Assembly: GCF_036971445.1 (NCBI RefSeq)
Contig: NC_091470.1
Location: 140,058,001 to 140,122,000 of the forward strand
Reading direction: 5' to 3'
Source: Narcine bancroftii
Taxonomy: Eukaryota
Length of the DNA: 64,000 nucleotides
This document shows, in pieces, positions 11,189-23,247 of the stretch. The notes under the pieces are model-generated. The model saw only the letters and a program-made list of their open reading frames with translations, made no database searches and had not been told where the DNA came from. The position numbers and the translations under genes are program-made. How positions within the stretch are numbered: the stretch's first letter is position 1; the number at the start of each line of letters is the position of its first letter.

Positions 11189-12679
11189 CTAATCTTCTTC
11201 CATAAGTTCGAGGGCACGCAATTCCCTCTTGTATCGGGGGCATTCCCTCTTAAAGTGTCCTTCCTCATTGCAGTAATAGCACTTAACGAACCTCCGGGGT
11301 CTTCCCTCTCTTGGATATCTTGGATTGTTTAGAGGAAGGTTTTGTTTTCTTTCCCCTCTGGATTCGGTATTCATCTGTCGGATAGTCTGTACCATAACCT
11401 TTGTCGCCCTCTTTTGATCTTCTTCTTCTCTCTGCACATATACTTTTTGCGCCTTTTTTAACAGGTCGCTTAGGGGTTTTTCGCTCCAGTCCTCCTCCTT
11501 TTCTAGTTTCTTTCTAATGTCCTGCCATGATTTGGAAACAAATTCAATTCGAATAAGCTGTTCACCCATTGGTGTACTAGGGTCCACGCCCGCATACTGT
11601 TGGACATTCTTTCTCACCCTCTCCAAGAAATCAGTAGGGGACTCGTCTTTCCCCTGGTGGTTCCCAAATGCCTTGGTGAAATTGTGACCCTTTGGCACAG
11701 CCTCCCGTATCCCTTTAATTGTCCACTCTCTATATTGTCTCATACTTGCCAATCCCTCGGGTGTTCGTTTGTCCCACCTGGGTTCATTTAAGGGATATTT
11801 TTGTTCATGGGGTCTGGGGTCCCCAGGTTGTTCATATTCCCACATGAGGAGGGCAGCCCGTCGAATCATCTGCCTCTCCTGGGGTGAGAATAATGTTCCC
11901 ATTATTGCCTGCATCTCTTCCCACGTATATGTGTTTGGTCCCAGGAATTGGTCGAGCTGTTCGGCCAGCCCTATAGGATCTTCCAATAACTTTTTCATTT
12001 CTTTCTTAAATCCCCGCACCTCTGTACTAGTTAGGGGAACATTCACATATCCCGTTCCCCCTCCCGGTCCTCCCATAGGAACTTCCCTCAGGGGATTTAG
12101 GCTTACTGAAAACTTTGATGGTCCTGGACCAGTCTGGGATCTTGTCCAGGGTCGGTTTACCGGTGGAAGTTTAGGGTCCGACTCCCTTAATTCATTCTTT
12201 TTTTCCCGGCCCCTTTCGGGGCAATCAGATTCATCACCTTTCCCCTCCGGTAATGAGCTTTCCTCGGGCGCAGTAGGCACCGGGGGAATATAAGGAGGGG
12301 GAAGGTTGTCCAGAGCTTCCCACTTCTTTTCTCCCGCTACCCTCAATTTAAAACATTTTGTTAAGGATCCTGGCCAGGGAACCCAACAAAATGCATATGC
12401 TGACTCTTCTTGATTCACCTTTGGACTCGAATTTACATATATGTTTAATGCTTGTCTAACCCAATCCTCATCAGATCCAAATTTCGGCCACCAGACCGAG
12501 GAACCTTTAATAGGTTGTTTCGACCAAAGGAGACAATATTGAACCATCTTTTTCTTGTTTTTGTCTCGATATCTTTTACTATCCCAATTTTCAAACATTC
12601 TCCCCAAAGGGCTGTCAAGGGGAACTCCCAGGAATTGTCGTGAATTTTCAGACGAGCCCTTAGATTTTGATCCTCCCAT
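11189..12679 (-). CDS. gag: ERV Gag polyprotein, intact 496-aa ORF
   Basis: MG myristoylation start, PPPY and PTAP late motifs, MHR-like QGKDESPTDFLERV, single CCHC knuckle CYYCNEEGHFKREC, amber stop. Confidence 0.95.
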   Translation of the reverse strand: MGGSKSKGSSENSRQFLGVPLDSPLGRMFENWDSKRYRDKNKKKMVQYCLLWSKQPIKGSSVWWPKFGSDEDWVRQALNIYVNSSPKVNQEESAYAFCWVPWPGSLTKCFKLRVAGEKKWEALDNLPPPYIPPVPTAPEESSLPEGKGDESDCPERGREKKNELRESDPKLPPVNRPWTRSQTGPGPSKFSVSLNPLREVPMGGPGGGTGYVNVPLTSTEVRGFKKEMKKLLEDPIGLAEQLDQFLGPNTYTWEEMQAIMGTLFSPQERQMIRRAALLMWEYEQPGDPRPHEQKYPLNEPRWDKRTPEGLASMRQYREWTIKGIREAVPKGHNFTKAFGNHQGKDESPTDFLERVRKNVQQYAGVDPSTPMGEQLIRIEFVSKSWQDIRKKLEKEEDWSEKPLSDLLKKAQKVYVQREEEDQKRATKVMVQTIRQMNTESRGERKQNLPLNNPRYPREGRPRRFVKCYYCNEEGHFKRECPRYKRELRALELMEED

Positions 12680-13207
12680 TTTCCCACCTAGATCCGTTTA
12701 TCGTTGCTGAGGACCCTCTCATTCTGGACCCTACTCCCTTCTTCTCAGACGCCTCGTCGGAGGTACTGTCCCTCCTTCGGTTACCGCTGAGGTTTCCCTG
12801 GGGTCGACCCCTCTCTTCTCGGCACTTCGTCGGAGGTGCTGTCCCTCCTTCGGTTACCGCCGAGGTTTCCCTGGGGTCTATCCTAGAGTCCCACGACAGG
12901 GTCCTCACGCCACGACAAAAGCTCTATACCTGATCTATTACGTTAGGTTTTTTTTATCCAAACAGGTGTATCCCGTTACACCTGTTACCCAATCCCCACA
13001 CCACAATCGTAAGTCGTCACTTACCGGTGTCTTCTCGGGGATTGAACTGTCACCCTTCTCCTCTCCATCTTGTCGTGTCACCTTGTCCGGATACCACTTG
13101 CTCAAGCCGCCCAAAGCGACGAGCAAGGGACTAGGAGCCGCTGAACTCAGCGGGGTGCACCACCTCCGATGTCCCTCTTCTCGCCTCCCCTCACGGCTGG
13201 AGTGTAG

Positions 13208-13225
13208 ATTCCGGACGAGCCCCCA
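13208..13225 (-). other. Primer binding site, tRNA-Pro
   Basis: TGGGGGCTCGTCCGGAAT, 17/18 identical to the MLV tRNA-Pro PBS TGGGGGCTCGTCCGGGAT, 2 nt from the 5' LTR. Confidence 0.93.
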
Positions 13226-13227
13226 TT

Positions 13228-13706
13228 TGTCAGAAATAAAACTTCTCACACATGAGTCTCTTTAAAACTGATGACACGACAAGCTTTATTTACAAGTCTG
13301 CAGAGTTGGACTCAACTGGCTTCTCACCAGTTAAGCCCCGATACATACAGTGCATTGATTTTTATACCCTTGTTGTTTGCCCTTCCCCTTCTTATTAATA
13401 CTGTTTTAATTGGTTAGTATTGCAAAAGCATTCTAAGTACAACTGCATTTTTAATTATCACGTTCGTTACGTACGCTGCGAACTCTACATACACTAAATT
13501 CTGTTTCTCACCCTTCTTATCAATCTTTTGTCTCCTGCATGTCTCTCACTATGACCATGAAAAGATATGTTTAAAAAAAACATATCCAGCTGAACTTTTT
13601 GTCCTTGGCTGCTAGTAAGCTCCCTGTCCGTTCTGGCTTCCCTTTTTATGATTAATCATCACATTTCAACTTAAGCCATTTTAACCTAAATTCTCTATCT
13701 CTAACA
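13228..13706 (-). repeat. ERV 5' LTR
   Basis: 479 bp TG..CA, with intact AATAAA (13290-13285), TATA and CCAAT on the minus strand. Confidence 0.97.
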
Positions 13707-14469
13707 GTTAGCACTGGTTTGTCTTGGAGAAGGTGGTTATATAATCTAAACAGACAGAGAAATAGAGATGGAGAAAGAAACTGAGAGGCAGAGAGAGAGA
13801 GTCAAAGAGAGGGTAGGACCGAGGGTGGAATTAGTAGAAAGGGAGGGAGAGAGTGTGAGAGAGAGGATGAGAAAAGGAGAGAAATCTGAGAGAGAGGGTA
13901 GTTAGGTATGGAGAGGTTGTGAATGAGAGCGAGAGAGGGGAGAGGAACATCGGGAGACTCTGGGACAGTACAGAACGAAATTAATTTTACGTTTGATAGA
14001 TAAGAAAACGAAATGACGGGGAGGAAGTCATCGAAACATGGAAGTGATAGGAGAGAGAAGGATGTGAGTAAAGGTGGGTGGGGAGAGTGGCAGGAACGAG
14101 GGGTGAGAGGCATAGATGGTGAGGGCGAAATATTGGGTGGGAGAAACTGATCGGCGAGAGGTGCAGAGGGAGATGAGAGGGGAGGGAGGAATGGATTGAG
14201 AGACAGGAGGATAAAGAGAGGGGGTTGGGATGGAGGGGCATGAAGAGACTCTTGCTCAGCCAGTCACGCAAGTGGATGAAAGGAGTCTTGATACGTCACA
14301 CCAAACGCCCGGATTGTCACCTCGTTTCCAATTGGTTAACATGGGAGAAGGGGCGTGTCCAATCCATCGTTCCGGCCAGAATCTGACGTGAATAGCGAAT
14401 CTGTCTTCTCAGATCTCCGTCCCGCGAACGCCTCCCTCTCATTACAAAGCGAACCCCATCCAGAGAGAG

Positions 14470-14506
14470 ATTTTTCTCCTTCTGGGGATCGTAGCCTAGT
14501 TTGACT
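14470..14506 (+). pseudogene. Dead orphan TRBV leader exon
   Basis: ATG is mutated to ATT and TGG to TAG; GTAAGT donor retained. It is followed by a truncated intron and then a second leader at 15342. Confidence 0.8.
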
Positions 14507-15341
14507 GTAAGTGGGATAGACCCCACATTTCACTCCCCTCTCTTTTCCCGTCTCCTCTCGTTCTTTCGGCTCCCGATTCTTTTCATTTACGTGTTCGGAA
14601 ACCCAAAGTCACTTCCGTGACCTCCTTCCATCTCCGCCATTTTCTGTTTCTCTGTTTTCTCTCTTTCCTTCTGTCTCTTTTCCACTGTTCATCTTCGCAT
14701 CCCACACTCACGTTATCGCTCCTATCTCTCACCTTCTTTCTTTCCGATCTCTCTCTCTCGATTACCCTTTTAGTCCCTCTATTCCGTTCTACGTTTTCCC
14801 GTCCTCTTTCAGTGATCACTCACTCTCTGCCTTCCTCCTTTCCTTCTGCTGTCTCTCCTCTATTTTCTCATTCTCCCCATCGTTTCTTTATCTCTAGCCC
14901 TTTCGCTCTTTTACTATCTCCTTCACCCTCTTCCTCCACTCGATTCTTTATGTCTCTTCAATTCTCTAATTTTCTCTTGAATCTAAGTTCCCTTTTTCTG
15001 TCTCTTTCCGTCCGTCTCCCCTTTCTCTATTTTGATTTTTTCACTTTTATCCCCCCTCTCTCTCTTCCGTCTCCCCTGTCCTCCCTTCTCCGTGGTCCTT
15101 CCGACCCCGCTTTCTGTCTCTTAGTCACCTATTTCCCAATTTCTCTCTACGACCCCACCATTTATGTACCCCTCACCTTCCTTCGCCCTCTCCGTCCTTC
15201 GATTTCTCTCTCTTTATCGTCTACATCTGCCCTCAGCGATTTCAGTTCAATATCCGGACAGAACGAATCTGTCTCCTCAGAGCTCCGGCCCTCGAACGCC
15301 TCCCTCTCATTACAAGGTAAACCCCGTCCAGAGAGAGGGAG

Positions 15342-16554
15342 ATGATTCTTTTTCTGGGGATCGTGGCCTGGTTTGACTGTGAGTGGGTTGGACCCCATGT
15401 TTCACTCCCTGTGCTTGTCCCGTCTCCCCCCCCCCCCCCCGTTCTTTCGGCTCCCGGTTATTTTCCTTCACGTGTTCCCGAAACCCAAAGTCACATCCGT
15501 GTCCTCGTTCCATCTCCGCCATTTTCTGTCTCGCTCGTTCCTTCTCTTTCTCTTCTGTCTCTTTCCACTGTTCTTCTTCCTATCCCACTCTCTTTTTTCG
15601 CTCCTATCTCTCTCTTCCTTTCCCGTACTCTCTCTCTCTATCTCACGCTCCGGTTTTCACCTTCCATAACCCTTTCCTTTCACTTTTACTCCCTCTATTC
15701 CGTTCTAAACTCTTTGTCCCTTTAGCTTCATTCGGTGTTCACTCACTCATGGCCTTCTTCCTTTCCTTCATCTGTCTCTCTTTATTTTATTCTTTTCCCC
15801 ATCTTTTCTGTTTCTCTAGACCCTTCTCTCTTTTAATCTCTCCTTCACACTGTTTTACCTTCATTCTATTCTTTATCTCTCTTTAACCCTTTCTCTCTCA
15901 TTTTCTCCTAACTCTCACGTTCACAATTTATGTCACTTTCCGTTTCTCCCTGTCTCTATTTTCTCTCCTTCTCTTCTTTTAACTTTTATCCATCTCTCTC
16001 TCTGTTCCTCTCCCCTATACCCCTTCCTGGGTTTCTCCGACCCCGCATTTTGTCTCATTGCTCTATTATCCCATTTTCTCTTTCTCCCTCTCATTTGCTC
16101 CCTCTATCTCCACTTTCCCCTCTACCCCTTCAGCTTGTCCTCTTCCCTTGAAATGGTTCCTTCAGTACATCATTTTCCCCTCAGCCTCCAACGTCCAGAT
16201 TGTCTCTGGATATCTCTCACTTACCTCCTCCCTGTCAATCCCCTCTCTGTCCCAGATGTCAACTCTGTCACCGTCCTCCAGAATCCAGCCACCGTTTCCG
16301 AACGGCCTGGGAACGCGATAGAGCTGCGGTGTGCGGGCAAGAGAGGCGGCAGCAGTAATTCTATGTAATGCTATCGTCAAGAATCGGGGAAGGGGCCTCA
16401 GAACCTGTTTTACTCCACGATCAAAACGCACGTGAATCCGGAGGGAACTGTGAACGGTTTATCCGCAGAGAGACTGGGCGACAACCAGTTCATTCTGCTG
16501 TCCGCCGACCTGAGCACATCCCACTCGGCCCTGTATCTCTGCTCCTGGAGTGTA
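15342..16554 (+). pseudogene. TRBV: TRBV CAWS-family pseudogene
   Basis: Leader 15342-15378 (MILFLGIVAWFD). V 16256-16554 has TAA at 16366-16368 and conserved W changed to C, ending YLCSWSV. The 23-RSS is intact (CACGGCG 16555, ACAAAAATC 16585). Confidence 0.9.
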
Positions 16555-17938
16555 CACGGCGCCACGAAAAGTCGACAAGGCCCGACAAAAATCTCTTTTA
16601 AAAATCTTACAACCACGGGGTCTGGGCCGAGGATGGTTTCAGCATCGGCTTTGAGGCGTTACAGAATCCGGAGTGCCAGAGGACTGGCGCCGAGCACCAG
16701 TAAACACGGCGACCACCCAGATCCCCGCGTGAGATGGAGAAAAATAGGAGAAGACTCACAGGACGGTGACCAAGGCGAACGACCAGCGAGGGGCGCTGCG
16801 GCCGAACAACGCACAGGCGGCGGTGCTGGTGGCGACTCGAGGCGCGGAACTCATGCAGGCCGGGGGCTGCCATCGAGAGGTTCATCTCAGGCTGCGAACT
16901 GCAGTAGACCGGCTCGATGCTGGCTGAATGCGTACCAGGTATCCTGACCCGGGAATCCTGATCGGGTGCTGAGGCCTCCGAAGGCTTCCGATCGTGTCGG
17001 AAGTTCGCTTATGGAGCTCAGGCACCCAGATACCTGGACTGGACTCTGTGGCTGCGGAGGATGCGGGAGCGCTGAAGGTGAATCCACATACACTCGGTGA
17101 CTCTCGGTGGACTCACTTCGCTTCTATTTCTCTGACAAGGGGGCGCACCGCCGACGGCTAATGTTTCTACCTTACGGTAGATTCAGGCAATTTCATAAAA
17201 GATTACATCTGTTTTATTGGTTTCTCATGGTATGTGTCTAATCCAAATAAAGGATGCGATGAACAGGGAGAAATAAACGGAGAGAAAGAAAGAGAGAGAG
17301 AAAGAAGGACAGAGAGTGAGAGGGAGGGTAAGTGGGAGGGAGGAATAAAGAGAAAGATTGCGTGATTGGAGAGAGGGAGCGTCGGAGAGAGAGGGGAGAG
17401 GGGGAAGGAATGGGTTGGGGAGGTTGTGAGTGAGAGCCAGAGAGTGGAGAGGAACATCAGCAGTTTCAGAGTCAGTACAAAACGAAATTAATTTATTGAT
17501 TGTTATAAGAAAACGAAATAGCGGGAGGGGCCATCGAAAGATGGAAGAGAAGAGAGAAGGGGAAGGGTGAGTAAAGCCAGATGTGGAGAGAGGTAGGAAA
17601 GAGGCCTAAGATCCAAAGATGACGCGGGCGATAAATAGGGTTGTAGAAATAGAGCGGAAAGAGATGCAGACCGAGAGGAGAAGGAGGGTGGTGGATTGAG
17701 AGAGAGAAGAGAGAGCGAGACGAGGGTGAGAGGGTGGAGACAGGCTTGCCTGAAGAGGCATTTGTTCAGCGAATCGCGCTGTTGGATGAAAAGGTTCTTG
17801 ATACGTCACAGCGAGCGGTCCCGGTCACCACCTCGTTTCCAATTAGTTAATGTTCCCTGAAGAGCGGGTCTGTCTCCTCAGTGCTCCGGTCCTCGAACGC
17901 ATCACTATCATTACAAAGTGAACCCCGACCAGAGAGAT

Positions 17939-19066
17939 ATGTTCCTCCTTCTTGGGATCTTGTCCTGGTTTGACTGTAAGTGGGATCGACCCCACGTTTC
18001 ACTGCCGTCTCTTGTCCTGTCTCCACCCGTTCCTTCCATTCCCTGGTATTTTCCTTCAAGTGTTCCCAAAACACAAAATCACTTCCGTGACCTCGTTCCC
18101 TCTCCGCCTCTATTTGACCCTCTCGTTTATTTCTCTTTCCTCCTCTTTATCTTCTGTCTCTTTCCACTGTTCTTTCCCCATCCCAGCCTCTCTCTGTCGT
18201 TCCCCTCTCCGCTCTCCTTTCTCTTCTTCCCCCTCTATTCCATTCTCCGCTTCCTGTCTTTCCCTTTGTTCGGTGATCACTCACTCTCGGCCTTCCTCCT
18301 TTCCTTCACCTGTCTCACTTCTCTGTTTTCTCCTTCTCATCTTTTCTGTTTCTCAAGCCCCTTCCCCCTTTTACTCTCTCCTTCACACTGTTTTACCTTC
18401 ACTGTATTCTTTATCTCTCTTCAACCCTCACTTTCTCCTCAAACCGGCATTTCCATTTTATGATTCTTTCTTCTCTCTCTTTCTTTATTTTATCTTTCTT
18501 TCCTTTCCCCTTTTATCCCCTCTCTCTGTTCCTCTCCCTTTTCCTGCCTTCTCTGTGTTTCTCCCGACCCCGATTTCTGTCTCTTATTGCCCCATTTCCC
18601 ACTTTCTCCTTCACTCTATCTTATTTTCTCCCTATCTCTCCTCCTTCCATTCTCCCACTTCTGCTTGAACTCATTCCTTCTGTACATGTTTCCCCCATCA
18701 ACTTCCACCTCCAAGATTATTCCCGGATATCACTCACTCACCTCCTTCCACTCTCTCCCCTCTGTGCCAGATGTGAATTCGGTCACCGTCCTCCAGACTC
18801 CAGCCGCGGTTTCCGAACGGGCCGGGAACAGAATGGAGCTGTAATGGTGGGAGGGAAGAGGCAGCGCTGGGAATATGTATTGGTATCGACAAGACCCTGG
18901 GAAGTGACCTCATAACCTGTTTTACTTCACGGCCAGAGGTCACGTGGACCAAAGGGGACCTGTGAACGATTTATCTGCAGAGAGACCGGGCGACGACCAG
19001 TTCATCCTGACGTCCGCTGACCTTAGCACAGCCCACTCGGCCCTTTATCTCTGCGCCTTGAATCTA
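17939..19066 (+). pseudogene. TRBV: TRBV CAWS-family pseudogene
   Basis: Leader 17939-17975 (MFLLLGILSWFD). V 18771-19066 has TAA and TGA stops and has lost the first Cys. Heptamer CACGGTG at 19067, nonamer deleted. Confidence 0.9.
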
Positions 19067-19940
19067 CACGGTGCCACAAACAGTTCGGGCCAAAAGTGGA
19101 GTCCGACGGAGGGTAACGACATCAAGCTTCACCTCAGGTTGGTGCGCACCTGCGGAGAGCGCGGAGCCAAGTCTCAGAGCTGATCAGCAGTGTTCCATCA
19201 CCCGGTCCAACCACCGACGTACTTTAAGCGTCCTGAAAATGATACGACGGTGGGTTATTTAAAAAATACTACAGCCACGGAGTTTGGGGTGGGCATTGTT
19301 TCAGCATTGGCCTCGAGCCGGTGCAGATTCGAGGTTGGCAGAAGACTGGCGCAGTGCACAAGCAAACACGGCGACCACCCGCTTCCCCACATGAGATGGA
19401 GAAGCAGAGGAGACGAACCATAGGACGGTGACCATGGCGGACGACCAGCGAGAGGCTCTGAGGTCAAACAACGCACAGGCGGCGGGGCGAGGAACCCACT
19501 CAGACCGGGGGCTGCCATCGAGGGGTTCATCCCAGAGGCTGAGGGCTGTAGACAGGCTAGATACTGGATGAAAGGGGACCGGGTATCTTGGACGCGTACT
19601 GATAGTTGTGAAAGCTTCCTGATCGTGTCGGAGGTTCAGATCTGGATCTCGGGTTGCCGATGGTTTGGACTGGACTCCGTGCGGCTACGGAGGCAGCGGG
19701 AATCCAGGGAGAATCGGTGACTCTGTGGGGACATTATTTCGCTTTTATTTCTCTGACTGTAGGGGGCGTTTCACGCAATTTATGCCGACGGCGAATCTGT
19801 CCGTGTTACGGCAGACTCAGACAATTACATGTAATATTTAACCAGTCCTATTGCAATACACTGGTTTGCCTTGGAGAAGGTGGTTATCTAATCTAACTAG
19901 AGAGGGATGCAGATGGAGAAAGAAACGGAGAGAGAGAGAA

Positions 19941-20005
<65 letters not shown>

Positions 20006-20673
20006 AACAGAGACAGAGAGTGATAGGTGAGAGGAAGAAAGGGAGAGCGTGGAAGAGAGATATCTGGGAGAGAGAGGAGAGGGCGAGCTGTGGGGTGCTT
20101 GTGAATGAGAGCGAGAGAGGGGAGAGGGAAAACGGCGGACTCTGGGTTAGTACAGAACGAAATTAATTTATTGATTGTTAGATTAGAAAACAAAACCGCC
20201 GGAAGTGGTAATCAAAAGATGGAAGAGAGAGGAGAGAGAAGGAGGTGACTAAAGGTAGATGGGGATAGTGGCAGTAACGAGGTGTGAGATGTGTGTGAGA
20301 TGGTGAGGACGACATATTGGGTGGGAGAAACCGATCGGCGAGAGGTGCAGAGGGAGAGGATAGGGATGGAGAAATTGATTGAGAGAGAGGAGGAGAGAGC
20401 GAGAAAAGAGAGAGAGAGTGAGAGGATGGTGACAAAGGTGCATGAAGAGACTCTTGCTCAGCCAATCATGCCACTGGATTCAAGGTTTCTTGATATGTCA
20501 CATCGAGCGCACCGATCACCACATCTTTTCTAATTAGTTAAGATGTGAGAAGCGGCGTGTCTAATCCACAAAACATCTGATGATCTGTCGTGAATATGAA
20601 ATCTACCTCCTCAGATCTTCGGCCCTCGAAAGCCTATCTCTCATTACAAAGCGAACCCCGTCCAGACAAAGAG

Positions 20674-22880
20674 ATGTTTCTCCATCTGAGGATCGTGGCC
20701 TGGTTTGAATTTGAGTGGGATCGACCCCACTTTTCACTCCACTCTCTTGTCCTTTCTCCTCCTCCCTGTTCTTTCCGCTCTGGGTTATGTTCTCCCACGT
20801 GTTCCCGAAACAAAAAGTCACTTCCGTGACCTTGTTCCCTCTCCGCCACTTTGTCTCGCTCATTTTGTTCTTTACTTCTGTATCTTTCCACAGTCCATTA
20901 CCCCAACCTCCTCACTTTCTCGTCCCTATCTCTGTCGTTGCTTCCCATTCTCCAACTCAAACACTCTCTTTCTCTCCCTTCTCCTTTCTCTTTTAATCCC
21001 TCTATTCTGTTTACGTTTCCTGTCTCTTTCACTTTGTTCAGTGATCACTCACTCTCGGCCTTCCTCCTTTCCTTCACCTGTCTCCCCTCGCTATTTTCTC
21101 ATTCACTCCATCATTTCTATTTCTCTAGCCCCTTCACTCTTTTACTCTCTCCTTCGCCCTATTGAATCTCGCATTCCCATTTTCTGTCACTTTCTATCTC
21201 TCCGTTTCTCGATTTTCTCTACTTTTTTCCCCCCAAATTTTATTTAAATTTTAAAATTACAGAGAAAAAATACTATAACATCTCCCCTCCCCTCCCACCC
21301 ATAACACAAACAAAACTCGCTAAAAATCCTTAAAAATCTTCCCCCATCCCCCCTTCTCCCAAAAAACTTACAACAAAAATCGATATTCCGTGATTGGTGT
21401 GCCAAACGCATTACAATTATTTAATTTCTATAGCCATACATTTCAAATATAATCCCCACATATCAATGAAGAAAAAAATATTATTTTTCACATTGTTTGT
21501 TAATTTTTCTAAATACAAACAAGATTGTAATACATTTTGCCATCTTCGCAAATTTAGTTGTACATCATTCGTCCATGTAACAGCTATACATTTTCTTGCT
21601 ACTCTAAAGCTAACATTAAGAAAGTTAAATATGGTTTAGGCATTCTTAAATCGACAAATGGGGCCTTATCATAACTCCATAAACATAACTTTGGATCCAA
21701 CAGTATATCCATTTTAAACAAATCTCTCAAAAATTTTATAATTTCCTCCCTAAAATACTTAATTTTCTTACACAACCAAACAAAATGTACAAAAGTACCA
21801 ATCTGTTCTCTACATCTAAAACATAAATCTGTAATCCTAAATCCATATCTTTTCAATTTCTCAGGAGTTAAATATATTTGATGCAAAAAATTATAGTTAA
21901 CCATATTATATTGCACTTTAATTAATTCTGTAACACTGTCAACATACATTTGTGACCATTCTTCCTCTACCAATACAATATTTAACTCCTCTCATTTCTC
22001 TTTAACTTTATACATATTTACGTTTTTCATTTTTTTTCCTGCAACAGATGGAAGGAATTGGAAAGAGAAGATAATATTCATTTTTCTATCGCTCTATCCT
22101 TTTCTCTCTCTTGCCCTGTTTTCCACTCTATTATTTTGTTTTCCACCTTTACTTTTTTTCTCCTTCTTGCTCTTCCTTTCTCGATTTGTCATTCTCTCTC
22201 TCTTGCTTCTTTCTTTATCTTTCCCACTATCTTTTAAATTTCTTTCTCCTTTATTATTTATTTCCTCTCCTTTCTCTTTTTCTCCAAATCTATTTACCTC
22301 TTTTAATCTCTGTTCCTTTCTATTTATCTCTCTTATTTGCTCTGATACTCTCTCGCTTACTCTCTTTTCGTTATGTATCTGTATCCGCCGCCGATATATC
22401 GATTCCCCCACTAGTTTCTGTCCCTATCTTTTTGCATCCTCCATCTCCGCTTTGTCTCCTTCCGCTCTCCTTAACTTTCCCCTTTAACACTTTTCTTCAC
22501 TCTGTACATATTTTACCCCGTCATCCTTCCACCCTCCAGAATGTCCCCGGATATCTCTCACTCACCTCCTTTCACTCTCTCCCCCTCTGTGCCAGATGTT
22601 AATTCGGTCACCGTCCTCCATACTCCAGCCACGGTTTCCGAACGGGCCGGGAACGGAATGGAGCTGCAGTTTACGCGGAGGGAGGCGGCAGCGATGATGA
22701 TATGTACTGGTATCGACATGACCCAGGGAAGGGGCCTCAGAACCTGTTTTACTCCATGAGCAACGAACACGTGGATCCGGAGGGAACTGTTAACGGTTTA
22801 TCCGCAGAGAGACGGGGCAAATACCAGTCCGTCGACCTGAGCACAGCCCAATCCGCCCTGTATCTCTGGGCTGGAGTCTA
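20674..22880 (+). pseudogene. TRBV: TRBV CAWS-family pseudogene
   Basis: Leader 20674-20710 has its donor mutated GT>TT, and an L1 fragment sits in the intron. V 22596-22880 has Cys>Phe, frameshifts and a 12-bp FR3 deletion. Heptamer degenerate (CATGGGG), nonamer ACAAAAACC at 22909. Confidence 0.88.
21235..22045 (-). mobile_element. 5'-truncated L1-clade fragment in a V intron
   Basis: ORF2 C-terminal sequence MVNYNFLHQIYLTPEKLKRYGF..CFRCREQIGTFVHFVWLC. Confidence 0.85.
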
Positions 22881-23131
22881 CATGGGGCTACCAACAGTCG
22901 GCGTCTCGACAAAAACCTTCCCACCACAGCGTTGAAGAGAGGCGGGATGAACGGGTGGGGAATAGATGCCTCTGCGCCGATGGCGGACCTGTCAGTCAGA
23001 AGCTTGAGGGGCGGGGCGTTGAGCAAGAGGATAGCACCTATTCATTTGACGTCTGAGAGAGAGAGAGCTCACCGAATCGGGTCTCGAATACTATTGGTTA
23101 ACATGGCAAATGGGGCATGGCTTATTTACAT

Positions 23132-23164
<33 letters not shown>

Positions 23165-23247
23165 GGGTGGACAGGATAGAGAGAGGGGGGGGGGAATCCG
23201 GACAGAGAAAGAGGGAAGAGGGGAACCGTAAGGGGAGAAATATAGGG

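Larger units (their letters stand above)
5429..13706 (-). mobile_element. Full-length endogenous retrovirus, class I gamma-like (HERV-I/IP-like gag-pol, ERV3/HERV-E-type env)
   Basis: Two 479-bp TG..CA LTRs, TSD GTTAG at 5424-5428 and 13707-13711, PBS, PPT and gag-pro-pol-env order on the minus strand. An empty-site paralogue (ttttattgGTTAGcattag) is at ~36743-36761. Confidence 0.97.

Noticed and set aside
14617-15345. Long S/L/F/P-rich ORFs (also 17952, 28354, 33443, 34633, 55297 and others)
   Set aside because: They arise from stop-poor CT/GA low-complexity introns and spacers and are not conserved in frame between paralogous units.
16432-16947. ORF extending from V FR3 into the GC-rich downstream repeat (also 29970, 36097)
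   Set aside because: Frames and stops differ between copies, and there is no recognisable domain.
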